From a bacterium (GTDB lineage Bacteria; Sysuimicrobiota; Sysuimicrobiia; Sysuimicrobiales; Segetimicrobiaceae), in contig DATGJN010000093.1 of the NCBI GenBank assembly GCA_035295165.1, positions 95-64,094 of the forward strand: a DNA stretch of 64,000 nt, given 5' to 3'. Both the position numbers and the translations under genes were made by a program. Below the pieces are notes generated by a model, which was given only the letters and a program-made list of their open reading frames with translations, was not told the origin of the DNA and did not search any database. Below are positions 61,342 through 64,000 of this stretch, piece after piece (positions within the stretch are counted from its first letter, which is position 1; each line of letters opens with the position of its first letter).

Positions 61342-62607
61342 ATGCCCTGCAACGCCGCGAACCCAGTGAGCCCCGTGGCTGACTATGACGTGATCGTGAT
61401 AGGCGCCGGGCCCGGCGGTGCGGAGTCCGCGCGGACGGCCGTTCGCGCCGGGCTGCGCACGCTGCTCCTCGAGGAACACCCGACGGTGGGCGTCCCCAGC
61501 CACTGCACCGGCAAGCTGTCGTTCCACGCGTTCGACGAACTGGAAATCCCCCGCACGCTCGCGCACACGGCGGTCAGCGCGGCTGTGCTCTATTCGCCGA
61601 GCGGGGTCGCGGTGCGGGTCCGGCGGTCCACCGTGGACTCATATGCGGTGGATCGGATCGTGTTCGACCGGTGGGTTGCGCAACGGGCGCAAGAGGCCGG
61701 CGCGGAGCTGGTGACCGGGGTCCGGGTGACCGAGGCGGCGCGGGTCAACGGCAGCGTCGCCGTCCGGGGCGCGCGCGCCGGCCGCACGTTCGAGGCGCGC
61801 GCGCCTCTCGTGATCGACGCGGAGGGATCGGCCCCGCGCCTGCTCGAGATGTTGGGCGTCGCGATTCCCCGGCGGCACGCGTTCGGCCTGCAGTACCAAA
61901 TCCGCGGCATCGGCGGCGTGGAACAGGACACGCCCGAGATGTTCTTTGGCGACGACGTCGCGCCGGGCTTTTTCGCGTGGCTGATGCCGGTGGGAAACGA
62001 CACGAGCCGCGTTGGGCTCGCCGTGGATCCTCAACGGACGCCGCGCCGGCCGGTGTGGTACCTTGAGCGGCTCCTCGCGTCTCATCCGGCTATGCGCGGC
62101 CGCATGGCGGGCGTCGTGATCGAGCGGAAGGTGGCCGGTCGGATTCCGCTGCTGACCGGGACGGCGACGACCAGCGCCGATCGCGTGATCGTCGTCGGTG
62201 ATGCGGCGGGGATGGTGAAGGCAACGTCTGGCGGCGGCATCTACTACGCGATGACCGCCGGCCGGATCGCCGGTCAGATGGCCGCACGGTACGTCGGCGG
62301 GGACGGCACAGCGCTCAGCGCGTACGAGCGCGGATGGCGGCGTCGCATCGGACGCGAAGTCAGGTTCACGGCGTTCAGCCGGCGCGCGATCAACCGACTG
62401 TCCGACGCGGAGCTCGACACCGTCATGCGCGTCATCGCTGAGAGCCCGCGGATCCTCGCGAGCATCGCGGACGCCGGTGATACCCAGTTTCAGTCCAAGT
62501 TGTTCGGCCCGTTGCTGCGCGGCCTGAGCGCGGCGATGGTCCGTCGCCCGGTCGTCGCCCCGCTCGTCGTCAAGGCGTTGGTGCAGGGTATGTTCGCGCA
62601 GATGTAG
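61342..62607 (+). CDS. FAD-dependent oxidoreductase of the geranylgeranyl reductase family
   Basis: YDVIVIGAGPGG dinucleotide-binding motif and GDAAG motif. ATG at 61342 (GGGGAGGA upstream, short spacer). Confidence 0.75.
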   Translation: MPCNAANPVSPVADYDVIVIGAGPGGAESARTAVRAGLRTLLLEEHPTVGVPSHCTGKLSFHAFDELEIPRTLAHTAVSAAVLYSPSGVAVRVRRSTVDSYAVDRIVFDRWVAQRAQEAGAELVTGVRVTEAARVNGSVAVRGARAGRTFEARAPLVIDAEGSAPRLLEMLGVAIPRRHAFGLQYQIRGIGGVEQDTPEMFFGDDVAPGFFAWLMPVGNDTSRVGLAVDPQRTPRRPVWYLERLLASHPAMRGRMAGVVIERKVAGRIPLLTGTATTSADRVIVVGDAAGMVKATSGGGIYYAMTAGRIAGQMAARYVGGDGTALSAYERGWRRRIGREVRFTAFSRRAINRLSDAELDTVMRVIAESPRILASIADAGDTQFQSKLFGPLLRGLSAAMVRRPVVAPLVVKALVQGMFAQM

Positions 62608-62959
62608 GGGTTCGCTCGGTCCAGCGACTCGGCGCTGCGTTGCGCCGGGAGCGTCGTCGCGCTCGCGCAGTCGGCCAGGGTGCACGAGCCGGTCCCGATC
62701 GCTTTGGCCTTGCGAGTCTCGCGCTTCGCCCATCTCGTCGGCGTGACCCCGGATGCCCGGAGCGATGCGGAGATTCCAGACCCGGTGTGCGCGCTTCTGT
62801 TCGGGTGCGGACCTTGGAACCCGTGTGCATGCGTAAGGAGAGAGGGCCCCCGGACGATCACCGGATGCCCTCTCGTCTCACTCTTTGGATGCGACGCGGG
62901 TCGATCGTCGCCGTATCGCGTGCGCGCCGCTGCCCCGGCGCGCTTCCTGAAGTGGAACC

Positions 62960-63154
62960 CTAATGCTTGGGTCTCAGGTCCGCGCCAAACGACCGCCGCA
63001 ATGTTCTGCCGGACGGCTTTTTGACCTCTCCGAGGGACCGATCCCACGGAAACGGCCCCGCCTGGGCTCCGGGGGCCACCATCTGGCTCACCAGATCGAT
63101 CTTGCGCGGTTTGGCGTTTCGTGTGCTGCCCGTCTGTCGTTGGTCTCTGCGCAT
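62960..63154 (-). CDS. hypothetical small basic protein (64 aa)
   Basis: ATG at 63154 with a perfect GAGGAGGA RBS 6 nt upstream. R/K-rich. It contains three AGA codons, which are rare for this GC content. No similarity recognised. Confidence 0.25.
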   Translation of the reverse strand: MRRDQRQTGSTRNAKPRKIDLVSQMVAPGAQAGPFPWDRSLGEVKKPSGRTLRRSFGADLRPKH

Positions 63155-63276
63155 CCCCATCCTCCTCGTCAACCGTGAAAGGACACTACAACCAGTTTAG
63201 CATGGCGACGCGCCCACGCGGTCCACGGCGCCGGCCGGCGGCGGCGTCTGCCCGGCGAAACGCACGGGACCGAGAT

Positions 63277-63411
63277 CTAGGGATGTTCTGTGACTGGGGT
63301 GCGCGCGAGGAGCGCGTCGTGAATCGCCTTGATGCGGCGCGCCTTCGCCTGCTTGCTCCGCCGCGTCTTGCCTGAGGAAGGACGCTTCTTGATCCGGCGA
63401 ACGCGTCTCAT
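63277..63411 (-). CDS. hypothetical very basic small protein (44 aa)
   Basis: ATG at 63411 with an AGGGAGA RBS. Sequence MRRVRRIKKRPSSGKTRRSKQAKARRIKAIHDALLARTPVTEHP. Confidence 0.25.
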   Translation of the reverse strand: MRRVRRIKKRPSSGKTRRSKQAKARRIKAIHDALLARTPVTEHP

Positions 63412-63680
63412 TAGCTTCTCCCTTCGCCGCGGGACGTGGGCGACGGTGGCGAGACACACCAACCCAACGCGACTCCCCAAGCATACCACAGTCCCGCCGG
63501 GTGCGCGATCAGAGGGGGCCGGCGAGTACCGGGTGCGGGCGCCCGGCGCCGCGGGATCCCACACGACTGTATCGCTTGCGTTTGTCCGAAAATCTGTCAT
63601 ACTAGAACGGCATCAGCAGACTGTGTGGTTAGGTGCAGCAGAGTCGGTTGGTAGCTTGGTACACCAGGTGGGTGAAAATC

Positions 63681-63887
63681 ATGGCGGTCGGCACGGTCAA
63701 GTGGTTCAACGCAGAGAAGGGATATGGCTTCATCACTCCGGATGACGGGAGCAAGGATCTGTTCGTGCACTTCAGCGGCATCGTCGGCGAGGGCTACAAG
63801 TCTCTGAACGAAGGCCAGAAGGTCGAGTACGAAGCGACGCAGGGACAAAAGGGACCCCAGGCCAGCAACGTGCGGGTTACCGGCTAG
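63681..63887 (+). CDS. cspA: cold-shock protein (CspA family)
   Basis: 68 aa, [18 protein letters not shown]...VHFS (RNP1/RNP2 motifs). Confidence 0.92.
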   Translation: MAVGTVKWFNAEKGYGFITPDDGSKDLFVHFSGIVGEGYKSLNEGQKVEYEATQGQKGPQASNVRVTG

Positions 63888-64000
63888 CACACCAACATAC
63901 TCACTCACGAACGCACCCGTGTAGTGCGAAGGGGAGGCGGCTCAATGCGGAGCCGCCTCCCTGCTCGTTTTTCGGACGCGACGTCGCGAGAAAGGCGGTC

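Overview
This 64-kb window is a high-GC (~70%) bacterial chromosomal segment, apparently from a Gram-positive/Terrabacteria-like organism (deep-branching Actinobacteria or Chloroflexi-like). The lineage call rests on strong GGAGG-type ribosome-binding sites, near-consensus TTGACA/TATAAT promoters, MurT-GatD, and mfd-mazG-eno-ftsB synteny. I call about 60 protein genes with dense coding on both strands. I found no rRNA, tRNA, CRISPR array or intact mobile element by eye. The recognisable content is listed below.

- **Stress/sporulation-type operon:** prkA, yhbH, spoVR and a bifunctional-nuclease gene.
- **Cell wall:** a LysM + NlpC/P60 peptidase, the lipid II amidation pair murT-gatD, a lytic transglycosylase and an FtsB-like division protein.
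- **Signalling:** a 1182-aa MASE1-GAF-HD-GYP-GAF-GGDEF c-di-GMP protein.
- **Metal transport:** a ZIP transporter with an AT-rich divergent promoter that also faces two small secreted-peptide ORFs.
- **Lower-GC mosaic region (about 19.3-25.8 kb):** a twice-frameshifted patatin gene, a YacG-like/ParB-like/RraA-like gene trio, DJ-1/PfpI, an MBL hydrolase, a TupA-like ATP-grasp gene and a possible HTH gene remnant.
- **Lactam/oxoproline-like cluster:** MFS transporter, DUF1445 hydro-lyase, 3-hydroxyacid dehydrogenase and PxpA.
- **Nitrogen module:** amtB-glnK and glnA, each with a leader that carries an intrinsic terminator inside the 5' UTR, plus a shared CAACAAAC upstream motif.
- **Conserved repair/glycolysis block:** mfd, mazG, an S4-domain gene and eno.
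- **Two-component system:** a PdtaS/PdtaR-like pair whose ANTAR response regulator carries a ~390-aa unknown C-terminal module and a histone-H1-like AKP tail.
- **Other:** nadE, a YcaQ-like gene, a Gly/Ser/Asn-rich secreted repeat protein, an H+-pyrophosphatase, a secreted lipase, a geranylgeranyl-reductase-like flavoprotein and cspA.

The most interesting candidates for something undescribed are (i) the extended ANTAR regulator together with the terminator-containing leaders of glnA and amtB, (ii) an orphan radical SAM/SPASM enzyme next to a 14-bp perfect palindrome, and (iii) the tandem small secreted peptides beside the ZIP transporter.

All functional calls come from reading motifs in the translated ORFs. 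No database search was run. Coordinates of start codons were checked against the ORF-track frames.
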